A stretch of 64,000 bases of DNA, from contig OZ024742.1 in NCBI GenBank assembly GCA_964016885.1, positions 285,758,001-285,822,000 of the forward strand. Reading direction: 5' to 3'. The DNA is from Eledone cirrhosa. Lineage: Eukaryota. Positions within the stretch are counted from its first letter, which is position 1, and each line of letters starts with the position of its first letter. The notes beneath the pieces were generated by a model that ran no database searches, was not told the origin of the DNA, and worked only from the letters and a program-made list of their open reading frames with translations. Made by a program: the position numbers and the translations under genes. Shown here piece by piece: positions 28,316 to 41,858 of the stretch.

Positions 28316-30344
28316 TTATTTTTTATCATGATTATCGACATTATCGCAATATCTCCTAACATTAATTGTTAACGGTCAGCGGAAATATTTGTCTATTCTA
28401 TATGTCCATCTGGTGTTCTTGGGAAATGTCTATGATGCGGCAACTGCGACAGTGACAGGATGGGAACCTGTGAACGTTTAGCCTGTAGGCTGACACTCAT
28501 AAGATATACCATTCATTGTCTTCATAGTATAACTATATGACATATGACTATATATGGTATTGTACATATCTCTATACAACACTTATACACTCAATAAATC
28601 ATTACATCGATCATCTAACGGTCAAATTAAATAGAAATTAAAAAGAAGTTGAATGTATTAGAAGCCCGTTGAGTCCAGAGGTCGTTTAACGGAAACAGTT
28701 TCTAACTTACAAGTAGACAGAACGTATAATAACCCTTGAGGTGTTCAATTGATGATAAGATCATCAATATAGTTGATGTGTTCAAATAAAAGAGTGCTTG
28801 TGGCTGTCGAGATGTTGATAAGACGGCCAATAAAGAATAACAATTTAAACCTACTTCAATTTTTGATAATTCATTCCTAGAGTGGCAAGATGGTCGACAT
28901 TGCCGAACTTTTAAAAATGATATTCAAGTGTTTAGTAGTATTTTTCTACCTCAATGTTGTCTGTTCAAATCTCGCCCTGGTCGATTTTTCTTTTCAATCA
29001 TGAGTGCTATACTTAAGCCTTCCCTCGGTTTAACTCCACCACCACCTGGCCCTCGGATATCTTTGACGGAATCTCATCTTTTACAAAGATTCGAGCCAAG
29101 ACGTTCGTGTTGAAGATACCACCCAAACTCTCTCCCATCAATACTGGGAGTCCTAAAAATGGTCATCACCACTATTCCCCTTTCTCACTAAGCCACTAAG
29201 CAAAAAAAAAAAAAAAAAAACTCAGATTGATTGATAAATTGATTAATGAAATTATTCATAAGATAATAATATTTCGGACTATATACTCGTTTTCAGAGAT
29301 AAAATAACTTCCAATAATTACATTTACAAAGAGTGATGGATTGACAGAAATGAAGCGTTGGATAAAATGTCATTGTGGTATTTGTTCTGGTTCAAATCTA
29401 AGTTCAAATCTCTTTAATCTTTTTGGGGTCAATAACAAAGTGTCAGTCAACCATTGGAGTTGATTTAATCAACTCTGCCCTTCCCCGCCAAATTTACTAG
29501 CCATGTGACTAATTCTTTCTTTCTTTAATCCTGTAACGCCCGAGAGAGTCGTAAGAGGCACCGTATATGGCATTTCTAGTGCATTTTAAAATCTGGAAGA
29601 GCCCATCTCCTCTCCTGGTCTGAATATAGCAGATTTCTTCCAGAAAAGGATAAAGAGTGAGAGAATGGATTTAGAGGAAAACTGGTACTTTTTTATCGAC
29701 CTTGAATAGATGAAATGCAAAATTGAATTCCATGGGATTTGACCTCAGAGAGCCAGAATGAGTACCACAAAGTATTCTAATCTACGTCCTAACGACTCTG
29801 CCAATTCGCCACCTATTATATGACTCATTAAGAACGCATAATTATGTCTACACCATGGTTCGTTTCTGTTGTAGAAATAGTGTGTTCGATTTAAGTCGAT
29901 TACAACGATGGGTAACCTAGTTGTTTGACCAATAGTACAGCCTAACGTGTAAGAGGCTGAACATTTCACAGACACGTGTATTATTTATGAAGATCTCGAG
30001 GAGTTTCGAAAAGATAAAGTTGGCTCTTTGAGATATAGGTACAACTCATTTTTGCCAGCTGAGTGGACTAGAGCAGCATAAAATAAAGTGTCTTGTTCAA
30101 GGACACAGGGTGCCACCGAGAATCGAACTGCCGACCTTGCGATCCTGAGCCGGATTTTCTATTCTCTAAGCCCCGTGCTTCTCAAAATATATTTATTCTG
30201 AGTGAAAATCTCCTATATATCCACACAGACAGACAGACACAGACAGGCACACATGCAGACAGACAGACAGAGAGGCAGATAAACAAACAGGCAGACACCG
30301 TGTGTGGGGGGGGGGACCTGCCCCCCCCCCCCCATCTACGGCTG

Positions 30345-30466
30345 GTACCCATTTCAGCTGAGTATACAGGCGTAACGTGAAATAAAGTGTTTTGCTCAAG
30401 AACACAACACGGAACCCAACGCCCAGGAATCGAACTCACGATTCTTACCACTAGGCCACGCGTCTC

Positions 30467-30468
<2 letters not shown>
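30345..30468 (-). mobile_element. tRNA-derived SINE (family 2)
   Basis: Reverse complement of the family 2 head and core. Confidence 0.75.
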
Positions 30469-30538
<70 letters not shown>

Positions 30539-30659
30539 TATATATATATAGTTATGTAATAAACAACATAAGATAATTATTTCATTTACCAGTGGTTTTA
30601 AACAGCTCTGTAGCCTACATAGAGCACTCTCTTTTCCTTTACCTTTCCTACGGAAATAC

Positions 30660-30809
<150 letters not shown>

Positions 30810-31926
30810 TACGCCTACAGTACAAAACTGGGTAAGATTGTTACTTGACACTGGTCACAAATTAGACGTTGGTGAAGGATGCAAGGATGGAAGAAAAAAC
30901 GCATAAAATATCCGGTTAGACTTATATAAATATACCAGACAAGTTGGCGTCATATTATGTCTTATTTTAAGTCTTTTAGATTGACATAATATATAATAGG
31001 AAGTGGCATGTGCCGCCGTTGTTACACTTAGAAGTTAAGGACCGACAGGGTTTCGATTTCCAGTTGGAAATGCTACACTTGACATGTCTCACTTATAGAT
31101 TTGACCTAACTATCACAACTTCCTCTGAGCAGCAGCTGATGGATGTGAGGATTTTTTTTATGAGTGCAAACATTTTAAAACAATTTTATATCGTAGAACT
31201 GGGGGCTTTTTGGGGGCGATTTAGGACCAAATTGGCTCAGAAATGTGAAAATAAATGCTTTTATTCCAGTTAGAATAAAATTAGTAAAAATAGAAATGAA
31301 TAGAGCAGCAAGTACACGTGGGAAGAGACTGGGTGAATCTGTCTAAAAGTCTAAACAAATAAATAAATAACTGTAAATGCCCCAGTATACATAAAGTCTG
31401 TCTCGGGCCCGGAAGATCACCAGACAGGTGCGTATCCCGGAAATTTATCAGACCGGAACTTATCCCAGTTCCCGTGGCGTTAAGCGACTGAGACTACAAG
31501 ACTTCCCCATGGACAGGCCGCCAGTCCATCGCAGAGTTAAACTCCCAGCTATTGTTGGTATTCATTTTTAGTTGAATATACAGAACAACATAAAATGAAG
31601 TGTTTTGTTCAGAGATTATAGTGTATAAGATGGAGTGGAAGCGGACATGGTTGAGTGGTTAAGAAGTTTGGTTTGTAATCACGAAGTCCTGGATTCGATG
31701 CTACAACGCGACATTTTAAGGAAGTGTCTTTATTATAGCTTTTGGTCAAGCAAAGCCTTGTGAGTGAAACTGGGTAAGCGGAACCTGTCTGAAAGCCCCT
31801 CAGAGGGATTGTACCTGTAATCGAAAGTTCCAGCCTGACCATGTATTCTATCATACTGATTCGACTTGGGAGTTATTTTAAGATTACAGGTCTGTCGAAT
31901 ATTTAGACATACATTAATTCCCAAGT

Positions 31927-32332
31927 CAGACATTCACTTGATCAAATAACTGATTGTTCACCGTCGAAAGTGACGGAGGATCTATCACACAATGAATCCC
32001 TACTGGAAACCTCCTCGTTGATAATCTATAAAATGTGGTAGTTTCCAACTGATGAAATTAAAATCAATTTATGACATAAGTGTTATGGTTTTCTCTCAAA
32101 GTAATAAAACGATATTTAGAAGAAGACAAAACTAACAGCAATAGCGTCATCTAAACGGTAAGAAAAGTCTTTTATTAGACAGGTCAAGTATGGAAGAAAG
32201 AAAAGGACATATTTTATATTTCATTGACACAGTTTTTTGTTTCCACGATAGACATATGAAGTACTGGGGTGTCTTCAAATTATAATTGTATTTTATTGTG
32301 GATAATTAAAATGCGTCTGAAATCCCAATACT

Positions 32333-32339
<7 letters not shown>
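31927..32339. repeat. ~410-bp segment duplicated in inverted orientation at 37086-37496
   Basis: Near-identical reverse complement with few substitutions. Confidence 0.9.
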
Positions 32340-32367
<28 letters not shown>

Positions 32368-32371
<4 letters not shown>

Positions 32372-33136
32372 TATGAAGAGAGAAGAAACATTTAGATATA
32401 ATTAGTAATAAAATGTATCATACCTAAACTGTTCCTAAATTCCTCGACTACGTAGTTTCGTAGTTAAGGCACCCTTAACTCACAGTTGGGTGCGGATGCA
32501 TTCATGTATATATGTGTGTGTCCGCATGTATCTGTGTGTTTCTAAATATATTAATAACTCCCTCTGGTCGAGCAATCTTTGAAGTGTGGGGACAACTGGA
32601 AAGCTTCCATTACTCATACTTCTCGCCTTCTTCACTACCTCTTCTACGGCCTCGATATGAATACCCCCTCCGCCTCCGTGGTATTTTCTTCGTGGTTATA
32701 AGAGGCTTAGCTCTGTTTCTCGACCGTTATATCGCGTGACTATCTCCCCCTCCGCCTTTTGGGATTCTTTCTCACGTCGTGTAGACGCGTTCTTGAGACT
32801 AGTAAAATGAGGTATCCTCTTGATAAGTCGGCAGACCTCGCAAGGACTCTATATCTTTGATATATTGTTTTTGTTTATGCCACGAAACTACGTAGTCGAG
32901 GAATTTAGGAACAGTTTAGGTATGATACATTTTATTACTAATTATATCTAAATGTTTCTTCTCTCTTCATAATGTATTTTTAACTCTGATACTGGTTCAG
33001 TCTGGTTCAAACTGAATTGGTCTGTCCCAGTCATTCATTGAGCAACATCGGTGAAGTTGGCACCCTTAACTCACAGTTGGGTGCGGATGCATTCATGTAT
33101 ATATGTGTGTGTCCGCATGTATCTGTGTGTTTCTAA

Positions 33137-33144
<8 letters not shown>
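32368..33144 (+). mobile_element. Non-coding retrozyme-like element: 591-bp monomer, 86-bp terminal direct repeat, ~94-bp inverted 5' segment
   Basis: 32468-32553 equals 33059-33144. 32368-32461 is the reverse complement of 32882-32976. There is an internal HHR and (TA)n flanks. Confidence 0.82.
32815..32902 (+). ncRNA. Hammerhead ribozyme with U3-A8 core variant and long stem II
   Basis: tcctc TTGATAA gt(c)ggca..tgccac GAAA ctacgtag TC gagga. Confidence 0.8.
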
Positions 33145-33191
<47 letters not shown>

Positions 33192-33247
33192 GTGGAAAAA
33201 TAAGAAATATGAGAACAGACCGTTACAACATGTTTATTTAAAACAGC

Positions 33248-33284
33248 ACCTACGTACGTTTCGCCCGGATGGGCTTCTCAAGGG
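33248..33284 (-). ncRNA. Hammerhead ribozyme with U3-A8 core variant in PLE 3' end
   Basis: Minus strand reads cc TTGAGAA gccc-atcc-gggc GAAA cgtacg TA gg. Stem I is weak. Confidence 0.65.
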
Positions 33285-34160
33285 AGGGCATAAATAAATA
33301 AAAAGTGTTCCTTACATGGCCCGGAAAGTGTTTTTGGAGATAAGTTCACGTCAGAGTTCATTCTTCGCAGAAAAGCGTGGTTTGATTTTGCAGTAGGTCA
33401 AGGGAGGTAACCCTGGCCGGTGTTAGGGCAGTCTTTCCCGGACAAATTTTTTATCCGTTACAAGATGTGGTTACAACCTTACCATTGTCGATACGCACAG
33501 GGTCAGGTATGCAACGTTTGTTTTGAGACGTTTGTTTTTCTGCACCTGTCCGCCTGGGTCATTTGAAGCCGGGTCTGAGATGCATGGTTAGTTTCCGGAT
33601 GTTTTTTGCAGCGCCTGCTCGCCGGGGTGTTAAAGCTTGTCGCAGGGCGACCCGGTGTACGGTCTCACTCCTCGTCCTTATCCCATCTGAAGAAGGCTAT
33701 TTTTAAGCGATGTGTACAACTTATCATCGTTTCAGCTCTGCTGTTGATGAGCTCGTGGGATGCCGTTATGATGTGGTAGAGCTCCATGAGACAAAGATCG
33801 CACTTCCTCTTGAAGTTGTACGGTGCAGACCTGCCGACAATTTCCCAGTGCGTAGAGAAGCTGATGTTTAAGTCTTTTAATGATGTGATGTAGTCCGCGA
33901 GCGAAGTGGAGTGTCTTAATTTCTTATTTGTGAAATAGTGGAGATGTGTTCGAAATCTAATTTTGAACGGGCCAGAGGGAGCCCCTATATAATGTTTAAC
34001 GCTATTGTGGTTAGTTACAGTGCACCTATATATAACCCTAACAGTCAAGCAGTATCCTCTAAGGGGGCAGCGTCCCTGTCGCGGCAGTTGCAATTTCGGT
34101 CGCGGTCCCTTCTAATTCCCACGGTAAGGTTATCATTATTGCTATCTACGTTGCTATCTA

Positions 34161-34348
34161 AGGGCGGTGAATTGGCAGTATCGGTAGAGGGTTGGACGCC
34201 ATGCTTTCTAGCATAGTTATGTCCTTTACAGTCTGAGTTCAAATCCCGCCGAGGTTAACTTTACCTTTCATCCTTACGGGGTCAATAAAATAAAGTACCA
34301 GTAATGTACTGGGTAATTGCTGGCCTTGTGCCTAAAGTAGAACCAATT
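34161..34348 (+). mobile_element. Young family 1 SINE
   Basis: A box tggcagtatcgg and B box gttcaaatcc. Flanking duplication attattgctatctacgttg. Confidence 0.85.
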
Positions 34349-34734
34349 ATTGCTATCTACGTTGTTACCTATTCTCCCGCATCTGTCGTTAGCACCATTA
34401 TAACCCACTGTTCGCGGGGTGGTACCATTATTATTCCGCACGTCATGTCCTGCATATTCCCCAGTCATGTCGCGGTTAAGCTGGCTGCGTTTGTAGAGGC
34501 TGTTGCCAGCACTATTGGGTGCTGCTAGGGAGTTGTTAAGGCTGATATAGTTATTGTCAGGTGTAGGTGCGTCTGTGCTAAGGTGCTGTGTCTTGGTGAT
34601 CTTACTGTGATTAGTTTTTCCTATGATGTCTGCTAGGTTAGGACGCCCTGATTACCGTTAGGAACCATAGCCCTCGTAGGATAGAGAACCTTAAGAAGCA
34701 TATACACAGGTTCTTCACTCCCCATCTTTCTATG

Positions 34735-34855
34735 GAAGAAATCTGCTGTATTCAGACCTGGAGAGGAGATGAGCTCCGCCAGGTTTCAAAATGTCCTAAG
34801 AAACGTCCTATGTCAATATGGCACACCTCCGACTCCCTCAGGAGTTACGGGATTA
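34735..34855 (+). repeat. Dispersed ~120-bp repeat (also ~17445, 27598, 29530 minus, 51450 minus)
   Basis: Shared aagaaatctgctgtattcagacctggagaggagatg..gactcc..gttacggga. Confidence 0.65.
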
Positions 34856-36389
34856 TACATACACAACGAAAATATATTAAGTAATAAATAATCGCAAAGC
34901 TAAAACTGTAAGGAGTAATTAAAACCACCACTTAGTTCAAAAACCAATTATTTTTATTGGCTAGTCTTCCACCTGGCAGGCTTTGCAGTAGTCCTCTTCC
35001 AGGCCACATTGTTTTAAACTGTACAAATACCCGTATTTAGTTATTTTGATAAATTCATTTTAAATTGTACAATTGCTCATCTCGTCAATTATTTTGATAA
35101 ATTTATTTTAATTAATTCTAATGTATTCTAATTTATATATTTATCCTAATTTATTCTAAATTTATTTTAATTTATTTAATTTCATGCATTTTAATTTGTC
35201 AGATAATGTTTCTGCCTGCTACAGGTACCATGTATGCCAGTACAACATGCTCGAGTGGTCGGCAACTAAACCGACTCCCCTAACCAGACCCTGGTCTCGA
35301 GAGAAAGGTAAGTGGAACCCCAAAAAACAAGAGCTGTTAAAAAGCAGAATGAACTTCTCAGAATCAACGCCATCTACCCCAACTATGAATTAAATAACCT
35401 CCCCAGCCCGCATTTGACCAAGTGTGGTGATTATGGCTACACCTCTGCCATGACCAAAACCAAACGGAAAGTGTTAGTGATCAACCAGGAAGGGATACCT
35501 CCAATAGGAGTGAGAAGGCCCTGGATTGGATTGAATTTTAATGTATTTTATTTTAATTCTAATTTTATTCTAAGCTATAATTTTCATTTAATAACTTACA
35601 AAATGCCAGCAGAAAGGCAACATGTTATTGGAAAACCGAAATGAAAATATTTTGAGTTGAGTACATACAAGAAAATAGTTGTATATGAGTGTTTTAAGTG
35701 AAATAATAGTTTCTAGATTAAGCACATGGGTCATAATTTTCCTGGTAGGGGAAGATCTATTAAATCGATCCAAGTACATGATCGGTATGCTATTTTATTG
35801 ACCACGAGGGATAAAAGTTGACTTAGGCGGGATTTCGTCTCAGAACCTAAAGATCCGGAATAAATGCAGCAATACATTTGTATAACAATTCCTTTAATCC
35901 CATCCCCTCTTTCTTCAGTGGAATAATGGTTTCTGATTTAGGCATAAGGCCAACAATCAGAGAGAGGGGGGAAAATCGATTAAATCGACCCCAGGACGTT
36001 ACTAGTATTTTATTTTATCGATCCCGTAAGGATGAAAAGCAAAGCCTACCTAATATATGCCGCAAAGCATATACTGCCAACCCACTGCCCATTTTTGTCA
36101 CAGTAGAATAATATAGATCGAGGACGCTCCTTTAAAACTATTAGTGTACCTGTTAAATATAATTTTCTTCCTTAAAGTTCGTTATTTTATGTATAACCCT
36201 ACATTAGAAATCATATCTATAGAGTCATTTAAAGATTGTATTTTGGTTGACACGCAGGAAATATAAATCGAATAATTAGTATATTTATTCATCAATCTTG
36301 GTTTAAACTAGTGGGTCTGTGCCGTCTTTAATAAAACCAATAGCATTGAAAGTATATAATTTTGGAGTCCAAGATTGGTATGTTATATA

Positions 36390-36587
36390 CGAGAGTAGGC
36401 TGAAAGGCTCATAGGCTGACTATGAAGGAATGATGCTAGAGCTGTGAAATCTTACATGCGTTAATTTCAAATCTTCTTATTAATAACTCCGTTGCTTCCT
36501 ATCAGAGACGATGTTGAAAAATAAACCTTATTTGGTCATTCCATGAGAGCATCTTGATCAGCCTATGAACTTTTCAGCCAACCCTCA
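36390..36587. mobile_element. Mariner/Tc1-type MITE, third copy
   Basis: Same TIRs, preceded by TA. Confidence 0.8.
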
Positions 36588-36607
36588 CATATGTATGTTT
36601 GTATACA

Positions 36608-36682
<75 letters not shown>

Positions 36683-36687
<5 letters not shown>

Positions 36688-37010
36688 TGCTTTGGGAGGG
36701 TCATGTTGCCAATAAGAAACACACGCACCAGTTGCTTTCACTCCAATTTATTATAAATTAAATTTATAAATTTAAGAATTTATAAATTTCCGGTTGGTTG
36801 GTTGGTTCCGCAACCGGACAGTTGTTCATATATTGTCAAAGTTCTTTCGTCACACATTCTGTGACATCTTCAGTGACTTTATAATAAATTGGAGTGAAAG
36901 CAACTGTGGCGTGTGTTTCTTATTGGCAACATGACCCTCCCAAAGCATAACAATATCGGTTTCAACACACGTTTTCAGATAAAGAATCTTGCTAAACAAA
37001 TTCAGAAACG

Positions 37011-37013
<3 letters not shown>
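36683..37013. mobile_element. PLE pLTR with inversion, HHR on minus at 36835-36877
   Basis: Minus strand reads gtca CTGAAGA t gtcaca-gaatg-tgtgac GAAA gaac TT tgac. 36683-36757 is inverted at 36878-36951. Confidence 0.8.
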
Positions 37014-37057
<44 letters not shown>

Positions 37058-37495
37058 CATAGTTATGTGTGTACATGCATATATCTATGTAAGTATTGGG
37101 ATTTCAGACGCATTTTAATTACCCACAATAAAATACAATTATAATTTGAAGACACCCCAGTACTTCATATGACTATCGTGGAAACAAAAAACTGTGTCAA
37201 TGAAATATAAAATATGTCCTTTTCTTTCTTCCATACTTGACCTGTCTAATAAAAGACTTTTCTTACCGTTTAGATGACGCTATTGCTGTTAGTTTTGTCG
37301 CCTTCTAAATATTGTTTTATTACTTTGAGAGAAAACCATAACACTTATGTCATAAATTGATTTTAATTTCATCAGTTGGAAACTACCACACTTTATACAT
37401 TATCAACGAGGAGGTTTCCAGTAGGGATTCACTGTGATAGATCCTCCGTCACTTTCGACGGTGAACAATCAGTTATTTGATCAAGTGAATGTCTG

Positions 37496-37539
<44 letters not shown>

Positions 37540-37606
37540 AAGGTTTAGCAAATAATGAAAAAGTTTCAAAATAAATTTTAAAAAATTGACTTCACCTACT
37601 ATAGTT

Positions 37607-37689
37607 ACCTTTACCGATCGGTTTCGAATCCCAAAAATAAACGGAGACCATACGGCCTTCGTTGCAAAGAAAGATTCTCGTCAGAAGGT
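37607..37689 (-). ncRNA. Type I hammerhead ribozyme, intact
   Basis: Minus strand reads acctt CTGACGA gaatc-(~42 nt)-gattc GAAA ccgatcgg TA aaggt. Confidence 0.85.
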
Positions 37690-37993
37690 TCTTTTCATTC
37701 GAAGAATATAAAATTCTTGAATTTAAATTACGAACTAGCGCTATCATAACTGTTCCTGGGATGAGAGTGGATGAAGAAACAATTTTTTCAAGGGCCGAAG
37801 TAAAGATAGAGGCAGAGGGAGGTAGGTCAAACCGGCCGCATATATATATATATATTTATGTAGATAAATCTACCAAAAGTTTACGGTAGTGTCCAATCCG
37901 TATGAAGAACTCAATGTAATCCGGATATCATGAAAAGAGAAGATGCATTCAAAAACTACTTTCGGTGAAAAATAAACGGAAAACAGTGTCAAG

Positions 37994-38966
37994 ATAAATT
38001 AATAAAATAATGAATAAACAAAGAAACAGTTCCTTATATTAAAAAAATTCATCATTTTACGATCGTTTCTAGGATATATATGTGTTAGAGTTGGTATGCA
38101 TATTCTATAGATCTATGTACAATATTTATACAAACTATCAGAGGGAATATACATACCTACACATATATATGCTGTCTTCAGAAATAATGATATTTGTTTA
38201 TTGAAAAAAAAACAAAGATTCAATACAATAGGTCTGTTTGGGAACAGGTTTTGAATTGACCAATCAGGAGATAATGAGGGTCAAGATAGTAATATAGTAG
38301 TAGAAGAACCTTAAATTATGGGTAGAGGAAGGTAGATTTCAGTTTTGGATGGAAAAGAATATTATGAATGAAGGATTATTTTAGGGAAGAAATAGGTCTT
38401 ATGCTGACCTCAGAAATAATTTTATTTGTTCATTGAATAAAACCAACAAAGATCTAATATATTCTGTCTGTTTGGTAAGAGGTTTAGAATTAACCAATAG
38501 AAAGTTAATAATTGGCCAAATGGTAAAATAGTAGTAATTGAAGCTTATTTTAGGGGTGAAAATAGGTCAGGTGGTCAGTCAAAGGTATACAAGCAGTTGC
38601 TGTTATAAAATAGTAATGCCAATACAAATATCTAAGGTGACCAAAGTTTTAAGATAAGAATGTTAGTGAAAAATATACATCTATGAAAAGAATATAAAAT
38701 TAATTTAATTGATGGGTATATTTATATTGATAAAATTATACTAATACATATAGATATGATAAATAAGAGTTAGATGCAGTTGAAAAGTGCTGTTAAAGAT
38801 GAGGGGAAATTAAAAGAATATAAAAATAATATATATATATATATACCTATATATATATATACATATACATATATATACACATACACACATATACATATAT
38901 ATATACACTTATATATATATATATATGTACACATATATACACATACACACACACACATACACACAC

Positions 38967-39036
<70 letters not shown>

Positions 39037-39741
39037 GCATGCATATATACATACATACACATATATATACACACACATACACACTTATATATACATATAA
39101 TTATTGGGGGGGGGGATTAAATTTATTAGTGAGAAATAGTAAATATATATAGTTTTCAAGGAACATAGAGTCATAACCTGAAGTTAAAGCATTATATAAG
39201 TTTACTTAATGGTATCAGTTTTAGGAAATGATATTTGTAAGAAGGAAAGCAAAATTATGTAGTTCATCAGTAGTAGAATATTAATTATAGGTTAACTAAA
39301 TTAAAAATAGTTTATATATTAATTTCTAAAGTGTATATTAATTAGGTTTATAATATTTAAAGCAGAATTATGTAGTTCATCAGTAGTAGAATATTAATTA
39401 TAGGTTAACTAAATTAAAAATAATTTATATATTAATTTCTAAAGTGTATATTAATTAGGTTTATAATATTTAAAGGTTTTTCTCAGTTTATGATTACACG
39501 ATATTATTAATTCCTGTCGCTTATTTAATAGGATATCCTTAGATTTCATTATTTCGAAAAGTTCTTGGGAACATAATCTACATTCATTTCTACTATTTTG
39601 ATAAGGGGTGGCCCTTTTGAGCACACTCCAGGTCAGGTCATATTCTATATTCCTCTTTCTATAACTATTAATTATTTCAGCTAGAGATGTTGTATTAGCT
39701 AGTGCGGCATTTTTAAAACTATGTTTGTGGGTATTAAATCT
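37994..39741 (-). mobile_element. Inverted duplicate of the 3' 1.75 kb of the PLE at 39800-41811 (includes HHR 38049-38190)
   Basis: Reverse complement of 39989-41811, lacking the SINE and carrying a 113-bp tandem duplication at 39248-39473. Confidence 0.9.
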
Positions 39742-40226
39742 AAGACATATAATAAATATATATATAACAAAGAGGGTGTGGTAAGATACCAGTATACCAC
39801 CAGTACATCAAACTAACCATAATATCTCCTCAGATACAGGATTCACGAAAAGTTGTAACTGTAGAAACAAGGCAAACTGTCCATTAAAAGGAAATTGCCT
39901 TGTGAATAACATAGTATATAAATGTAAAGTTAACACTAAGGACTCAATTTATTCATATATAGGAGCTACCTCTAACAATTTTAAGGTAAGATTTAATACC
40001 CACAAACATAGTTTTAAAAATGCCGCACTAGCTAATATAACATCTCTAGCTGAAATAATTAATAGTTATAGAAAGAGGAATATAGAATATGACCTGACCT
40101 GGAGTGTGCTCAAAAGGGCCACCCCTTATCAAAATAGTAGAAATGAATGTAGATTATGTTCCCAAGAACTTTTCGAAATAATGAAATCTAAGGATATCCT
40201 ATTAAATAAGCGACAGGAATTAATAA

Positions 40227-40401
40227 TTGTTTCTACTTTTGGCACAAGGCCAGCAATTACCCAGTGCAATACTGGTACTTTATTTTATCGACCCCGTAAG
40301 GATGAAAGGCAAAGTCAACCTCGGCAGGATTTGAACTCAGATCGTAAAGGGACGTAACTATGCTGGAAAGCATGGCGTCCGACCCTCTACCGATACTGCC
40401 A
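40227..40401 (-). mobile_element. Young family 1 SINE inserted in the GIY-YIG C-terminus
   Basis: Absent from the inverted duplicate at ~39505. Confidence 0.88.
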
Positions 40402-40760
40402 AAATATCGTGTAATCATAAACTGAGAAAAACCTTTAAATATTATAAACCTAATTAATATACACTTTAGAAATTAATATATAAAATATTTTTAATTTAGT
40501 TAACCTATAATTAATATTCTACTACTGATGAACTACATAATTTTGCTTTCCTTCTTACAAATATCATTTCCTAAAACTGATACCATTAAGTAAACTTATA
40601 TAATGCTTTAACTTCAGGTTATGACTCTATGTTCCTTGAAAACTATATATATTTACTATTTCTCACTAATAAATTTAATCCCCCCCCCCCCAATAATTAT
40701 ATGTATATATAAGTGTGTATGTGTGTGTATATATATGTGTATGTATGTATATATGCATGC

Positions 40761-40858
<98 letters not shown>

Positions 40859-41614
40859 ATGTATGTGTATATATGTGTACACATATATATATATAAGTGT
40901 ATATATATATATGTATATGTGTGTATGTGTATATATATGTATATGTATATATATATATAGGTATATATATATATATATTATTTTATATTCTTTTAATTTC
41001 CCCTCATCTTTAACAGCACTTTTCAACTGCATCTAACTCTTATTTATCATATCTATATGTATTAGTATAATTTTATCAATATAAATATACCCATCAATTA
41101 AATTAATTTTATATTCTTTTCATAGATGTATATTTTTCACTAACATTCTTATCTTAAAACTTTGGTCACCTTAGATATTTGTATTGGCATTACTATTTTA
41201 TAACAGCAACTGCTTGTATACCTTTGACTGACCACCTGACATATTTTCACCCCTAAAATAAGCTTCAATTACTACTATTTTACCATTTGGCCAATTATTA
41301 ACTTTCTATTGGTTAATTCTAAACCTCTTACCAAACAGACAGAATATATTCGATCTTTGTTGATTTTATTCAATGAACAAATAAAATTATTTCTGAGGTC
41401 AGCATAAGACCTATTTCTTCCCTAAAATAATCCTTCATTCATAATATTCTTTTCCATCCAAAACTGAAATCTACCTTCCTCTACCCATAATTTAAGGTTC
41501 TTCTACTACTATATTACTATCTTGACCCTCATTATCTCCTGACTGGTCAATTCAAAACCTGTTCCCAAACAGACCTATTGTATTGAATCTTTGTTTTTTT
41601 TCAATAAACAAATA

Positions 41615-41756
41615 TCATTATTTCTGAAGACAGCATATATATGTGTAGGTATGTATATTCCCTCTGATAGTTTGTATAAATATTGTACATAGATCTATAG
41701 AATATGCATACCAACTCTAACACATATATATCCTAGAAACGATCGTAAAATGATGA
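41615..41756 (+). ncRNA. Hammerhead ribozyme with long stem II
   Basis: tcattattt CTGAAGA cagcatatatatgtgt..acacatatatatccta GAAA cgatcg TA aaatgatga. Confidence 0.75.
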
Positions 41757-41805
41757 ATTTTTTTAATATAAGGAACTGTTTCTTTGTTTATTCATTATTT
41801 TATTA

Positions 41806-41858
<53 letters not shown>

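Larger units (their letters stand above)
33190..34650 (-). mobile_element. 5'-truncated Penelope-like element (CxC-x5-C linker, GIY-YIG), interrupted by a SINE
   Basis: CNCRDRD/CPLRGYCL..VIYRCTV..HYIG..FKIRFRTH..STSLADYI..W..CDLCLME..LINSRAE..SCTH. Confidence 0.85.
39800..41811 (+). mobile_element. 5'-truncated Penelope-like element (CxC-x5-C linker, GIY-YIG) with long 3' UTR and HHR
   Basis: SCNCRNKANCPLKGNCL..IVYKCKV..YIGATSNNFKVRFNTHKHSF..TSLAE..W..CRLCSQE..LLNKRQE. Confidence 0.88.

Noticed and set aside
32049-40531. Extra CTGATGA cores at 32049 and 40525 (and their inverted copies)
   Set aside because: No matching stem II plus GAAA and NUH site was found, so they were not counted as ribozymes.
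37994-41811. Large inverted repeat as a long-read fold-back artefact
   Set aside because: The arms differ by a SINE insertion, a 113-bp duplication, substitutions and microsatellite lengths, which a single-molecule artefact would not produce.
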